This document shows positions 27,340 through 40,166 of a DNA stretch of 64,000 nt, piece after piece. Origin of the DNA: Camelus ferus (taxonomy: Eukaryota); contig NC_045696.1 of NCBI RefSeq assembly GCF_009834535.1, positions 107,882,001-107,946,000 on the forward strand, in the 5' to 3' direction. The notes below the pieces were generated by a model. It saw only the letters and a program-made list of their open reading frames with translations. It was not told the origin of the DNA and did no database searches. Position numbers and translations under genes: made by a program. Position 1 is the stretch's first letter. The number at the start of each line of letters is the position of its first letter.

Positions 27340-29050
27340 GTATATGATTTCTCAGTAATTTTGGGTGAGGACTGAATTCACAGATGTCAGAAGGGAAGGC
27401 TGGAATTGATGGTTAAGGACCCTGGGGATAAGCCATTATGTTACTAATTCAACAGCTGATGGAACTACTGGATGCCAAAATGTCTTTGGGATGCCTGGTT
27501 TTATAGGGGAGAATCGCAGCATGTTTACCTGCTGATGGAATGATCGAAGGGGAAAAACTGATGACTGCAGAGGAGAAAAGGGTCAATCACTGGAGGAGTG
27601 TCCCTAAGTTGAAGGGAGATGATGGGATCTAGAGCACAAGTACAGGGGTTGGCCTGAGACAGGTGCCCAGACCATTCATGCACAGTAACAGAAGGGAAGG
27701 GAGAGTAAACAGGTGCTGATATGGCTAGGTGGGTGGCTACAGGTCTCCACTCATTGCTTCAGTTTTCTCAGTAAAATAGGAAACAAGGTCATTCGTTGTG
27801 GGCAAGGATGGAAGAGGAGGTGTTAGAGGACACAGAGGAAGCTATGAAAGTCATGTACAGAGTGGGAAACTGAGGGACCAGGGAAAGGTAGCAGGACTGC
27901 CAGAGTGCTAAAGGCCCACTGGAGGTTGGTGGTCATGAATTTAATGCAAGACCACTCAGTTTGGTTGTGTGATCTTCTCCAGCCAAGGTCAGCAGCATAA
28001 ATAAAAGCTCAGAGTAGACAGAGAACACAATTTAACATGAGTTGGGGGTTTTCCAGGTGAGTACCATGAAATGAGGGCAGGACAAGGCAGCTGAGAGTAT
28101 ATTCAGGGAGTGATTTTAATGATGAACCACGGCAGTGATTGTCAAACAAGATCATGCATCAGAATCACCAGAAGAGCTTGTTAAACCACAGATTGCTGGG
28201 CCCCACCCTCAGAGTTTGAATTTAGTAGACCGGAGCTGGGGCCTGAGAATGTGAATTTCCATGTAGCTCCCAGGTGATGCTAATGTTGTTAGCTGGGAAC
28301 CATACTTTTAAAACCAGTGACATAAACACAGGGCCAGAGAATACGTAGCTATAGAGGGGAAGAGGACAAGCTCACTGGAGAAGAAATCAAAGGACTGAGA
28401 AGCTTGCGTATTGGATGCCTCAGCTACTGAAAACTTGTCTACTGAAGAACTGTAGCAAGTAGTACTGGAAAATGTCACATAGCCAGGAACTAAAATCTTC
28501 AAGAAATAAGGGAAGAGACCTAGGGGTGGTAGACGACTACAATCAGGAGGGTTAGTGGGTGGTGAGTCTAATGACATTAGTTCAAAGTTGGGGGAGGATA
28601 GTTTCAGAGATGTGGCAAAAAAGAATAGTCTGGAAGTTGCAATGAAATGCATGAACACTTACTGCCCTCTCCAGATCTAGTAGGAGAGGGATGGAGTGGT
28701 AAAGAAAAGTGCCACCATTTCACATGGCTCTAGTATCCTTAGGGAGAGATGGGCTTCAGTTAGAACAAGAAGGTAAAAGGAATGTTTAGAAAAGAGTTTC
28801 ACGACCTAGGACATTTTGCCAGTGAATGATGAAGAGGGCGAGAAAGGATTTCAAGGTTGGACTTAGAAAAGGGAAGAGAAGAGTGAGGAGGAGAGTGATG
28901 ATCTGGACCCCTAGACTTCTTGTGGTGACTGATGTAAATGGGGATGAAGGGCATGTTAGATTAGTTCTGATGGTCTTAGGGCAGAGAACAGTGAAGGTGT
29001 GTATCAGCAAACCTGTGAGGGGGACCTGAGGGCTTACCAGGAGCAAGCCA
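27340..29050 (-). mobile_element. L2 body fragment, interrupted by MER5A
   Basis: Long purine-rich stretch with L2 motifs (gatgggatctagagcacaagt, ttgcttcagttttctcagtaaaataggaa). Confidence 0.6.
28133..28319. mobile_element. MER5A (hAT-Charlie)
   Basis: cagtgattgtcaaac...gcatcagaatcacc...cagattgctgggccccaccctcagag...aaccagtg. Confidence 0.8.
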
Positions 29051-30515
29051 AGTTCTGGGAGCTCCTTTTCACTCCTGTCAAGGGAGGCTGGAGGGGGCTA
29101 GACTTATCAGAGCACCAAGATATCTAGATCTCATATTTTACTTCAAGAGGAACATGCATAATTTGAAGCATATCTTCCCCATTTTTTGTGTGCACACAAA
29201 CATATTAATAACAAAAAGGGATCACTTTGGTACGTGTTTTACAATTAACATTTTAAATAATCTATTTTTGACCATTTTTCTACATTAGTACATGCATATC
29301 TACCGTGTTCTTTTGAATACAGGTGGGGACATATCTGAGGTAAGTGATGCTGATTAGTTAAAAAGGATAGAGATGCAAGAGGACTTGACCTCAGAAGACA
29401 TTAATAGTGGAAGGGAAATATGGGCTGAACTCATTCTGTAAATTTATATTTGCCACAGGCCAGGTCCTTTTACTTTTATTAATCTACATGGTGGTTAAAT
29501 GAAGTAAAAGGAAGAATGGTTTCCTACTGTATTCTTGGGTGTTTTGATTTCCATTTAAATATTCCCAGCACTGGACTCAAAAAACCATCAGCACCTACTG
29601 GGGGAGAAGCTGGGGGAAAAGAAACATTTTCCCTCCATGAAATGACTGGTTAATCTTAATGAAGGCCTCGATTCAAACTTAGAAAGTAAAAAGAGAAAAG
29701 TACTTATTAAGTGCTCCAGAAGAAACTTTTAATAAGGTTCCTAAAGTGTGCTTTGTTATAAGTTTATTTTCATAATTATTCTGCATTTAAATATACATAT
29801 GAAATTATTCAACATAATATCCAAGCTTTGAAAAAGCCAAAATGTTTTATCAATAACTTAGGAAGGTCCTTTATTCCTCTGGAGTGATATCTCAGACACA
29901 TACTCCTAATCAGGGTCAGGAAGAAACAAAGTGAGTTCTAGTAGCAGTGCAAATCCTACCTGCCTTGAAAGATTTCTCTAATCCCTCTTGGACATTCAAA
30001 AACCAAACAGACGAAAAAAAAAAAATAAATAATTGTACTGAAATTAAATGGCCAGAAAAGTTCTTTTCCAAACTAAATCCATGAGGATGAAGATTGGACT
30101 TCTAAGAATGAGGAAAAGGACAAGGAGATGTATAGGTTTCCCTTAAAGAAAAAGGCTAAATTTTCAGGATTTAAACAAACAGCTAGTATGTGAAGGTACT
30201 GCAACAGGGCTTGAGGGTGCAATGGTGAATAAGAGCGAACTCTCTCCTCAAAATGCCCACAGTCTATAATCAAGAGATTTCCATCCCTTGATAAGGTAAA
30301 AAGACCTATACTCTTAATGGGGTTCTCCCCTCGTGCCAGGAAAGGTGATTGGACTTTATCTAGGACACCATAGGTTTTTAGGTGTTAAAAGCTAGAGGAG
30401 CGAAGAGGCCAGAGCTCCCCGTGCGGTATCTGAGTCTTGTTGAGGCACCTACTCAAGTCCCAGAGGGAACCTCATGTCAGGTCCTTTTGCATCCATCCTA
30501 GAGAAGCCAAGGGCA

Positions 30516-30555
30516 GGGAAAGAGATGGCCTTCATGGGAAAGAGATGGCCTTCAT
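30516..30555. repeat. Perfect 20-bp tandem duplication
   Basis: GGGAAAGAGATGGCCTTCAT x2. Confidence 0.95.
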
Positions 30556-31617
30556 GCGAAAGGGCAGAGTTTCCACTTGACAAAGGGGCACAGCAGACAA
30601 GCAAAAATTTGTTCATTTGATTATTCATTCATTTAACAAATACTTACTTAATGTTACCATTTGCTAAATAAAGGCCAATAGAAGGTAACGGCCCAGGCAA
30701 AGAATCCTGACAGGGATTCACAAATCTCTCTACATATTCTTATTTTCGTACTTCATTTTTATTAGGTGTACGTTTGGAAGCTGAAAATTACAATTTTGGA
30801 GACTGAAGTGGTAAAGGAGAAGATAAAGTACAAATTAGATTGTCAGATAGACTGTCTGCTTGAAGTCTGACTTAAAAACTGCAGAAAACTGATGGGAAAG
30901 GGGTCCCATCCTTGCAACCCTTTACCTTATTAGTGTGAATTCTACTCACTTGGAAGTCACAATAATATAAGTAGAGCAGTCTGATATTTCTGTTTATACT
31001 CTCTTGGAAGGAGAGTTCTGTTAAGCCAATTTCATTTGCCCTTGATCGAGATTAGACTACCACAGAGCTTAGGTTTGAAAGAAGTAATGGATTTATGATC
31101 TATCTATCTAGTCTCTCTTACTGGATTTGCCTGGGACCAAAAGCTTATGTTTGTAAGACAGATGGAGAAGATTAAGGTATATTTTGATGTCTTGGAACAG
31201 AGTGGAAATAGTCCAAGCCAGTGTGAGAAATAAACCTCTCACCTTAGTATCATTAACACTGTAATAACACCAACATCTAGGACCTTAAGTAAATTAATTG
31301 GATAAGAGTACGGTATCCATATACAAATACTATTTCCTCCAGAGAAACTTTTTTGAACTTCATAAGCTGGGATGTCTCTCTCCCTCCTCTGAGCTCCTGT
31401 AGCACTCCATTTATTTGTCTCATGCAATCTGTTCTTTCTACTTTGCATCACAGTAAATAGTTCATTTCCCCTACAAGACTGTGGGCTCCACAAAGGCTTA
31501 TCATGTCTGATTCATCTTTATCCCCAACTGTGTGCTGTACATAGTACATGCTTAAACTACTTAGGAACTATCTATTTTTAAGCATTTTAGCAGCCTTCTT
31601 TTTGCATACCAATAATA

Positions 31618-31997
31618 TATTAACTACACCAAAATAAATTTCTAGGCTCAAGATGGAGCCACTACTGCGTGGGGTGCACGCAGTAAACCACGTCAGCAAA
31701 CCAAACTTGAATACCTTACATGTCCCTGTAAATGCTCCACGTGACCAGAAACACAGTATAGTCAGTCAGCTAATCCCTAAATGCCAATGGCTTTCTCACC
31801 CCGAACAAGGTACACTATGTGGCCCCAGCCAATTAGACATTTTCTATTTGTCTCTTCCTTGTTCTTTCTTCTTTACCCTATAAAGGCTTTTTGCCTTCCA
31901 CTCCATTTTGCCATTCTCCTAAAGGAGACTGTCCACTTTATGAAGGGTTAAATAAAGTTTGTTATCGCCTGATGCCTTCTTTTTTCATTTGCCAACA
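31618..31997 (+). mobile_element. Probable solo ERV LTR
   Basis: Ordered CCAAT (31829), TATAAA (31879) and AATAAA (31951), ending ...AACA; 5' boundary approximate; no clear TSD. Confidence 0.6.
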
Positions 31998-32689
31998 CCT
32001 ATAAGTGATCTTTTACCACATTATTGAAATAGGTCCAGCTAAATTTCATTCTTGGCAATACTTAGACAATAGTTTAATCCTTTAATCTTGAAATTAATGC
32101 TACTTCTTAAAAACATTAAACATGAAGATTTCAATTTGTACTTTTTGATAATTCAGACAGATTTCCCCCTCAATTAGCTGTAATTAGTTGAAATTTGTAA
32201 TGTTTCACTAGACTTACATATCATAGTATAGCTTTAAAAAAAACCTTCCTCCTTATTTACCTTAAAATTTTCCTCTTTCACTGAAGCACTCTCCCCCCTG
32301 CCCTCCAGTCTTTCAATTGGGACAGGCAGTAATGGATTTTTTTCCCTAGCTTTGTTTTTACTAAAACTGAGTAAAAATAAATGATTTTCAGGGGAAGCTA
32401 GGGTTTGTTATTTTAACCTGTGAATAACAGCTAACAGACTATTGCCCCATAAGGCTAAAAACAGATAAAAAATGACTGTAATACCATCTGCCGGTGGTAA
32501 TAAAACACAGAATTAAGATATTACTTATTATGTGAATTACCAAAGCAGTATAGTTTTTCTAAGTGTTTCTTAAAAAATTATTATCTCCCATGTCAAAACA
32601 TATCCTCAGTAATTCACTCATTTTGTAATTATGAAACCTTTTGAAATCTCAGCCACACCCTGTTTCTCTCTTCTGCAAGCTGTTCTCTC

Positions 32690-33020
32690 TCTTTTTTTTT
32701 TATTGAAGTATAGTTGATTTATCATATTATATTAGTTTCAGGTGTACAACATAATGATTTGATATTTTTATAGGTTTTACTTTATTTAAAGTTATTATAA
32801 AGTTATTAGCTGTATGTCCTATGCTGTACACTATACCCTTGTAGCTTATTTATTTTCTAGCCAGTACTTTGTATCTCAATCTCCTGCCCCTATCTCATCC
32901 CTCCTCCCACCCTTCTTCCCACTGGTAATCACTAGTTTGTTCTCTGTGAGCATGTTTCTCTTTTGTTATACTCATTTGTTTGCTTTAATTTTTTAGATTC
33001 CACATATAAATGAAAACATA
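32690..33020 (-). mobile_element. Truncated L1 3' end
   Basis: Poly(T) then tattgaagtatagttgattta...ttagattccacatata. TSD CTGTTCTCTC at 32680-32689 and 33021-33030. Confidence 0.85.
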
Positions 33021-33536
33021 CTGTTCTCTCACTCTTGTTCAACTCATTTCACGCCCATCTGCACATCTCAGCTATTCTGGAATCTACAGGGTTGTTTCCT
33101 GTCACTTAGAGTCTTTGTGAAAACAGCATGTACAGAGGCAAATACTCACTTGTTGACCAATGATATAGACAACTTGACAGTGGGAGAGAGAGTTCATGAG
33201 CAAAGAAAGGAAAAAAGAACAGAGTAAGACATGGATGAAAAGGAAGCTCTTTTAAGTGGAAAAGTCAAGAGATAGGTAGTGACTGGAGAGGGAAGGGGAG
33301 AAAGTTATGTAGTTCAGAACCCACGATCAGAACTCACGACGAAGGACTGTGAAAACTCTGGGCTTATTTATTTTTCTATTTCTACTGGCACACTGTTCGA
33401 CTGCCATCAACCACTGGTAGTTTTTGCCACTGATATTTAATTACATTTCCAAGATTTCCAATGCCTTTAACAAAATATCACATGGAGTCTTATCTAAAGT
33501 CTGTTTTGTTGATCTACCATGAAATAATATCTAGAC

Positions 33537-33748
33537 TAGGAATTAGCAAACTTTTTCTGTAAATGGCAGATAGTAAATATATTAGGCTTTCAGGTCTCTG
33601 TTGTAACTATTCAGCTTGGTAGGCAGAGCACAAAAGCAGTCACATAGACCATATGTAAATGAATGTGTGGCTGTGTTCCAATAAAACTATCTACAAACAG
33701 AGGCGGCAGGTCAGATTTGGCCCATGGACCACAGGTTGCTGACCCCTG
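33537..33748. mobile_element. MER58A-like hAT element
   Basis: Termini taggaattagcaaact / ggttgctgacccctg; 8-bp TSD ATCT(A/G)GAC. Confidence 0.8.
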
Positions 33749-34576
33749 ATCTGGACCAATATCCTCTTCAGCAATCTCTCAACATCCTCTTAGTATTTTC
33801 TATTTGACTCCTTCTCCCAATGCAGGTTTGAATTATATTTCTGGACAACAAATATCTGGACAACAAATACAGTTCACTCTTGAGAAATTATTTTGAAATA
33901 CATATTAAAATATTAATGACACATAATATTGTCAAGTCAATCTTTCTTCTCAGGGATAATCATCAATGTCACATAAAAGCACTTCCTACTTGCCCCTTAT
34001 GTAAATCTTTTAATTGAAATGTTTTCAACAATGGGAAAAAATTTGACTGCCCAAATTATTTTTTAAAAAAGCAACTTAATTTAAAATTTATTATTCTTTA
34101 AAAAATATTATTCTTAAAAAATATACTGTGGGACTCCTCTGCTTTAAAGTCTTCTTTAGCTCCCCAGTCCCCTAGAACAAACTCTTTAGCACAGCATATA
34201 AGGTCATTCAAAAGATGGCCCCAACCTCTCTTTCTGATTTTATTTTCTACTACTTTCTGTTCATTTCTACTATTTTCTGTTCTTTCTATATAAGAATAAA
34301 AACATGACCGACAATACTGTATAAAAGCTTACAGGAGATAAACACTGACACTTCAGGAAGCAGTTACCTCTGGAAAGGGGAAAAGATACTGGGAAGGGGA
34401 ACCCTAGGGATTGCAACAATATCTGAGGTGATTTTTTAAAATGGTGATATTAATGAAAATATTAAATAAAGCAAAGATCTGAAGCAAAGCTATGGCAAAA
34501 CGTTAAGATTTAACACTAAGTTGTGGGTAATGAGTGCTTTTTGTATTATTCACAATACTTTTCTGTTTGTTTAAAA

Positions 34577-34766
34577 CAGGGGTTGTAAATTACAGTCTGG
34601 GTTAAATCTAGCACACTGCCCATTTTTTAAGGCGTGGAGCTAAGAATAGTTTTACATTATTACAGAGCTGTTTAAAAAAACAGACTATGTGACATAGACC
34701 TTGTAACCTGCAAAGCCTAAAATATTCACTCTTTGGCCCTTTACAGAAAACGTTTGCCAACTCCTG
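34577..34766. mobile_element. MER58-family hAT element
   Basis: Termini caggggttgtaaat / gtttgccaactcctg; 8-bp TSD (G/A)TTTAAAA. Confidence 0.75.
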
Positions 34767-36364
34767 ATTTAAAATATTTCATAAGAAGTAAAGAAAGATT
34801 TTAAAAAAAGGTAGGAAGGTAACTGAGTCATGGAAGAATGGTTTTGTTTTCTTGCATTAAGTATCTTCCTAAATTAAACATTTTATATTACCTGTCTCTT
34901 TAATTTTTCATGAATTACTTCTTCAACTTTTATCAGGAAATCTCATCATCTTACCGGGGGTGGGGGAAACCATGTATGGTGACAGATGGTAACTAGACTT
35001 ATTGTGGTGATTATTTCAGAGTGTACACAATTATCAAATCATTATGTTGTACACCTGAAACTAATGTTATATGTCAATTATCCCTCTATTAAAAAAATAT
35101 GTACCTCTGGGGGAAAAAAGAAGAAATGTCATAAAATTTTATTCTACGATTTTGGAACTTATTTAAAAGACTTATGGGAGAGTTTTTTAACACGATTTTT
35201 GTTTCGGTCCTTACTTGTCAAAAAACTGGGAAGCTCACTTAGAGCCCAGTGTGTCGTTTTTATGTAGCTGTACTTAGACTGGGGACCTGCTTAAGAGCTG
35301 TCGGCCGGGGACACAGGAGAGAGGCTGCGCAGGACCTGCTCCTGGCTTTCGGTTGACACTTTCTGCTTTCTGCAGCCCACCTCTTCTAGAAGAATTCTGT
35401 CTCCTTTTTTCACAGAACATAATGGGACAAGAGGGTTAAATAAAATTCAAAACACTGTATTACAGTAAGCGTTTCTGGCTGTACTGGTTGTGAGACATTG
35501 GAATATGTTATCAGAGAAGGTATTTTTTTATGGGTAAAATAGTGAGATAATACATCTAAATACTTTAGCATGCCTCAGATCACAAGGACTATTAGATGTA
35601 ATTACCATTTTGAGGTTGCAAATAGCTATTTTCTTTTCTTTATAAAATATTAAGCACATCACTATTGCCTGGGTACATGAAAGAATTTTTCTTATTTTTA
35701 TAATAAACTTCCACTGTTTCTCACCCTAGCACTGACCTACCTTAACTAAAGATATTCCCATTTGTGAATCAGTGGGTGAGGAGATTTCACAGAAAGGCTC
35801 AGTGAGCAACTGAGGATGTTGAGCCCCAAATTACATAATAACCTTAAGTATATATTGCTTTAAATTTTAGTGTCTAAAAATGTGCACAGGAGAACAGCCA
35901 CAAAACAAATATGGAGTAAAAATTATTTATCTGATCACAATATGCATTTTTTTCCTACTCCAATGAAAATATTAATGAGAACGCTAAAATAATAAGTAGC
36001 TTGTTTTTTAAGCTGGCCACGTTTATGCCATCTCTAATATCCATTAGAAAAATCTACTATATTAAAGACATGCAAAAAGGCATAAAATATGACAAAATAC
36101 TTGGGACCCATCACCAGATTATGAACTAGAACTACAATATTACTGAGGCCTCTATGTACACTTTCTTAGCTCCATCTCTCTTCCTTCCTCTAGGGATTAA
36201 TCATTGTTCTGAACACTATATTTGATGTATCCATGTATTTCTTCATACTTTTTGTACGAATGTAAATATCTCTAAATAATTCATAACATTATTTAACAAC
36301 CTGCTTTGTTGATTTGGCTTTATGTCTGAATTCATACATGTTGACATGTATGGTATATTCATAT

Positions 36365-36660
36365 GTAGAGACAGTGCTCACCAAATATTCTATGTGCTCC
36401 CCTACGATTCTCAGACCTTAGGCTGGAATCACTGGACTGAGCAGATGGGAAGTATGTCATGTGTGGGGCAAGGCAGTTAAAAGCACCACCTTTTCTTCCC
36501 CTTCCTCAGTGAACTCATAAGCCACATATTCTAGGTGGGGCAACGGGGCAGCTGTAGGAACATGGAGCATCCCTGAGTGAGGTGGAGCAGAGCCTCTTAC
36601 TAAGCCACACTGGACATACACAATGAACAGGAACAATCCTGTTGTGCTAAAGCATACACA
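36365..36660 (+). mobile_element. MaLR LTR (MLT1-type)
   Basis: caccaaatattctatgtgctcccc...ccctgagtgaggtggagcagagcc...tgttgtgctaaagc. Confidence 0.55.
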
Positions 36661-36957
36661 CATACCTACAAATGGGCGGTTAACTTCCTTTGTGGGATTA
36701 TTCAAAAGCAATGCTATCAGTAGCAGGGTAGATTCAAAGGCTTTTGAAAATACTTCTGTCCTATGACTCTAGGTTGCTATTTATTCTCAATTGCATGGTG
36801 AAGGAAATCTCATATACTCTAGTCTTTACCTTCTTTGAAATATCTACTGCACTAACAAAACCTTCATAGATGTGCTTACACGTCTGGGTACTGTTTCTGG
36901 TATGTTAGTTTTGTTTCCCCAACTAGACTTTAAGCTCTTTAAGAGTCATGTCTACTC

Positions 36958-37028
36958 GAGGGGTGGGTATAGCTCAGTGGTAGAGAGCATGCTTAGGAGT
37001 CCTAGGTTCAATCCCTGGTACCTCCATC

Positions 37029-37064
<36 letters not shown>
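36958..37064 (+). mobile_element. tRNA-derived SINE, short form with A/(GAAAA)n tail
   Basis: gggtatagctcagtggtagagagcatgcttag...ggttcaatccctggtacctcc followed by an A-rich tail. Confidence 0.85.
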
Positions 37065-37490
37065 GTTATGTACCCCACCCAGCATCCTTGCAGTCTATAC
37101 AAGCATACAGTAATGGGTGGCCTACTGGTTGACTGAGGAGGGTGAGAACTAATATTAAATGTCTACTTTGTGTAAGGAACTTTACTTGTGTTTCACATAA
37201 GTTATCTTGATTATTATTTCCATTATATAGATGAGCATATTAAGGCTAAGTAACTTTCCTTGGGTCACTGAACCTAGGAAGAAAATAAAGGCTATGGGGA
37301 AGACAGTTGAAGCCAGTCTCCCTGACACTAAAGACTTTGCCCTTTAGTTTTTTTCACTGAACTTAGTGAGACCATGCCTAGTGTAGGGCAGGAGCTTTAG
37401 CAGAACATCAAATGGATAACAAAAATTAAAAAAAAAAAATTCGCAAACATTAGAACATTTCTTTGGAGAATGCAGATTGTTGGGTCTTAC

Positions 37491-39488
37491 CTTGATCACC
37501 TCTGGGGTCTGCTGAATCAAAACCACTGAAGTAGTATCTTTGGCTTTATCACCAACAGGACTTCTACAGCCTGGTAAATTGGCCTGGGAGGGAGTTGTCA
37601 AGGTTTCCTGTAGAATCTGCATCATTTCTTTTTCTTGTGATAGGCTCCCTCTGCCTGATTTGCATTCAACCAGTTCTTGAGCAAAGTCTTCAATGCTTTC
37701 TAGAATTCGCAGTAAGAGGGCGCGATCTTCTTCCTCTATTTTGTGTCCATTGGTTTCAATAATCCTTGTTAGACAGGAAGGTGAGACTTTTTCCGTGGGT
37801 GAGGAGACTTTAGATTTAGGCTCAAGATCTACAGGGAACTGACCAGTTAACTGACTAGGACTATTTAGAGAGTTAGAGCTTTTACCTTTGGCAAGAGGCT
37901 CTCCTAGAGAGGTCTCCATTTTCTGTGAGAAAGATTCCAAATCCATTAACAATTTATCTATCTCTTCCTGACTGTTAGGATTCATAAAATCTCTGTGGTT
38001 TCCCTCTTCAACTTTAGGAACTTTTGATTTAGGATCTTCCTCAAGTAGATTAACAACTGGTTTCTCAAATATCTTACCAATTTCATTTTGCATTGAGGCA
38101 GGACCTTTTTTAAGATGAGTACCATGGTCTGAAACTTCTTCTCTGTCTTTGTGTACCTTTAACAACTCCTGACTGGGTCCATTCTCTGTCCTCTGCCCTT
38201 CATCTAATGTTTTCTTTCCATCTGACTCTTCTTCAATGTAAAGGGTTTCCATTAGACCACCAGAAGAAACATTTTCTAAAGGGTTCATGGTTAATGACTG
38301 TGCTTGAGGTTGCGCATCTTTTAGAGTTCTGGGATCACTTATCTCTAAATTATATAAGGAAGTCGTAGAGTTGTCTGGAATGGATTTTGCCCTGTCTGTT
38401 TTCCTAGAACTGTGCTTGTCATCTTGCAGTTCTATAGTCTGAAACTGTCCAGGGTCAGGGGCTGAGAGCTGGACAACATCTTCATATTTAGGGGGCTGTT
38501 CAGTGCCAAATACTGGGGAGAAGGGAGTCAGTTGTAAACTAGGCATATTACTGACCAGTTCTGTTAAATCTATAGCCTCATTATTCCCAGAATGCATGAA
38601 CTCAAATGGTAGCTTTTTCAGATAGGATGCTAACCTGGTCATTACATTCATATAGAGAGTTTCAGAGCTAGAAACTGCATCCTTACCATTTCCTTCACTG
38701 ATGCTACTCCCTGATTTTTTCTTTATGCATTGTTTTATGATGTCTGTGCATTTTTTCAAATCCTCAGAGCATTTCAGCAAGATGTCTAAACACATCTTTA
38801 TGTCTGTTCCAGAAGAAAAATTATCTATTTTATGTTTTTCCAAAATCTGAGTAACCAGGTCTTCTTCAGAGAAGTTGTGAAGAAGCATTGAAGTCAGGTT
38901 TGTATCAAGTGAGTTTCTATGGGATAAAGATTTTTCCTCAACTGAGGAACTCCGGAGTAAACCAAAGGATGGGGAGTTCCCATCATTGTTATAATGGCCA
39001 CAGAGCAAGTCAATATCAACTGACCTCCTATTAAATGAGTCAGACTTAACCTTCCTTCCCTTTTTGTAAGCTGCATGATTAGAGTTTTTGAGTTTTTCAA
39101 GGGAAAATTCTTTTATTTTCCCACTGGCAAAGCTGATTGCTTCTCCTGCAATGTCCTTTAAGTTACAGGTGTTCTGAAATGTAGATCCCTTCTTGACCCT
39201 GGGTATGCCTGTGAGGGCCTGATGGGGATAGTCACCTTCAACTGAGGAAAATCCATTTTCATGGGGTAGAAATATAGAGTTCAGATCTGCATCTTTGAAC
39301 TGAGACACAGGGATGTGCAAGAGGTCTGCACAAACACTATGATGTACCACAATGCAGTCAACCCCATGTGTGAAGGTGTGGCAGGATCCAGTGCAGTAAT
39401 GTATAGCTTGCTCAAAACGCCGGTCTATCACCACGCTGCTGTAGTGGTTCACAGTACTAACCACAAGTCTGTAAGTTGCTGCCATCAT
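37491..39488 (-). CDS. PPP2R3A: PPP2R3A PR130-specific coding exon (N-terminal 666 codons; full exon 39946-37491 including 458 nt of 5'UTR)
   Basis: ORF MMAATYRLVVSTVNHYSSVVIDRRFEQAIHYCTG...QQTPEVIK is recognisable as the PR130 N-terminus. Donor AAG|GTAAGA after 37491 (phase 0); acceptor ttttttcattacAG| before 39946. Confidence 0.96.
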
Positions 39489-39946
39489 ACCAAATCCACT
39501 TAGTGGTGGGATGTGGAATTTTCTAGAACTTGTTTCAAGTAAATTCTAAATGACACTCAGCTGAAAATATATTTGATGCCAATGTTCAGTGGTTTCTTGC
39601 AAATATAATGACTTTTCCCACAAAGGGAAACCATCTAAATTTGAGGTTTGGTAACTGTCAGGATACAGTAGCTTTTGCACATGCGTGCTTGTATTAGCAA
39701 GTCTAATAATTTAATAATTGTGCTTTTGAGTTTTATTTAGTAATATCATGATACTTTAGGTTTATTTTTAGGAATAAATTTTAAGAAGAATAAAGAACAT
39801 TCTCGGTTCTTCAGCAGTTGTATGACACAGACATGTACAGTCATAAATTTACTGTCATGAATCTCAGTTGGTAACATTGAAGTATTGTGAAAACTGAGTC
39901 CTCCAAAGGTTTAAATGATCCATTCTTCTGTGAATGACAGAGAAAC
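39489..39946 (-). other. PPP2R3A: 5'UTR part of the PR130 exon
   Basis: Lies between a pyrimidine-tract/CAG acceptor (39947-39949) and the ATG; AT-rich, no obvious repeat. Confidence 0.75.
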
Positions 39947-40166
39947 CTGTAATGAAAAAAGAAAATAATTAAAAGTGAATTTTGATCTCTTAATACTGAG
40001 AGAACCTTTCCTCTTCCTTTGCATCCCATATACAGTTAATCATCGAGCCTTATTCTTTGCTACATTACTGGTGGCTTATCTTTGAATCATGCCTTTGCTT
40101 ACACGCCCTACACTAGTATTACCTCAACTCTGCCTTATTATGACTACCTCCCAGTTGGCATTTCTT

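Noticed and set aside
32482..32495. Second CTCF-like motif (CCGGCAGATGGTA on minus)
   Set aside because: Mismatches at core positions; such partial matches are expected by chance in 64 kb.
36958..37030. tRNA gene
   Set aside because: A/B boxes are present, but there is no full cloverleaf, it has an A-rich tail, and several diverged copies occur: a SINE.
37344..37490. Last 48 codons of the 714-aa ORF (VRPNNL...SEKN) as a real C-terminus
   Set aside because: Read-through past a strong AAG|GTAAGA donor into T-rich intron; no close poly(A) signal supports a truncated isoform.
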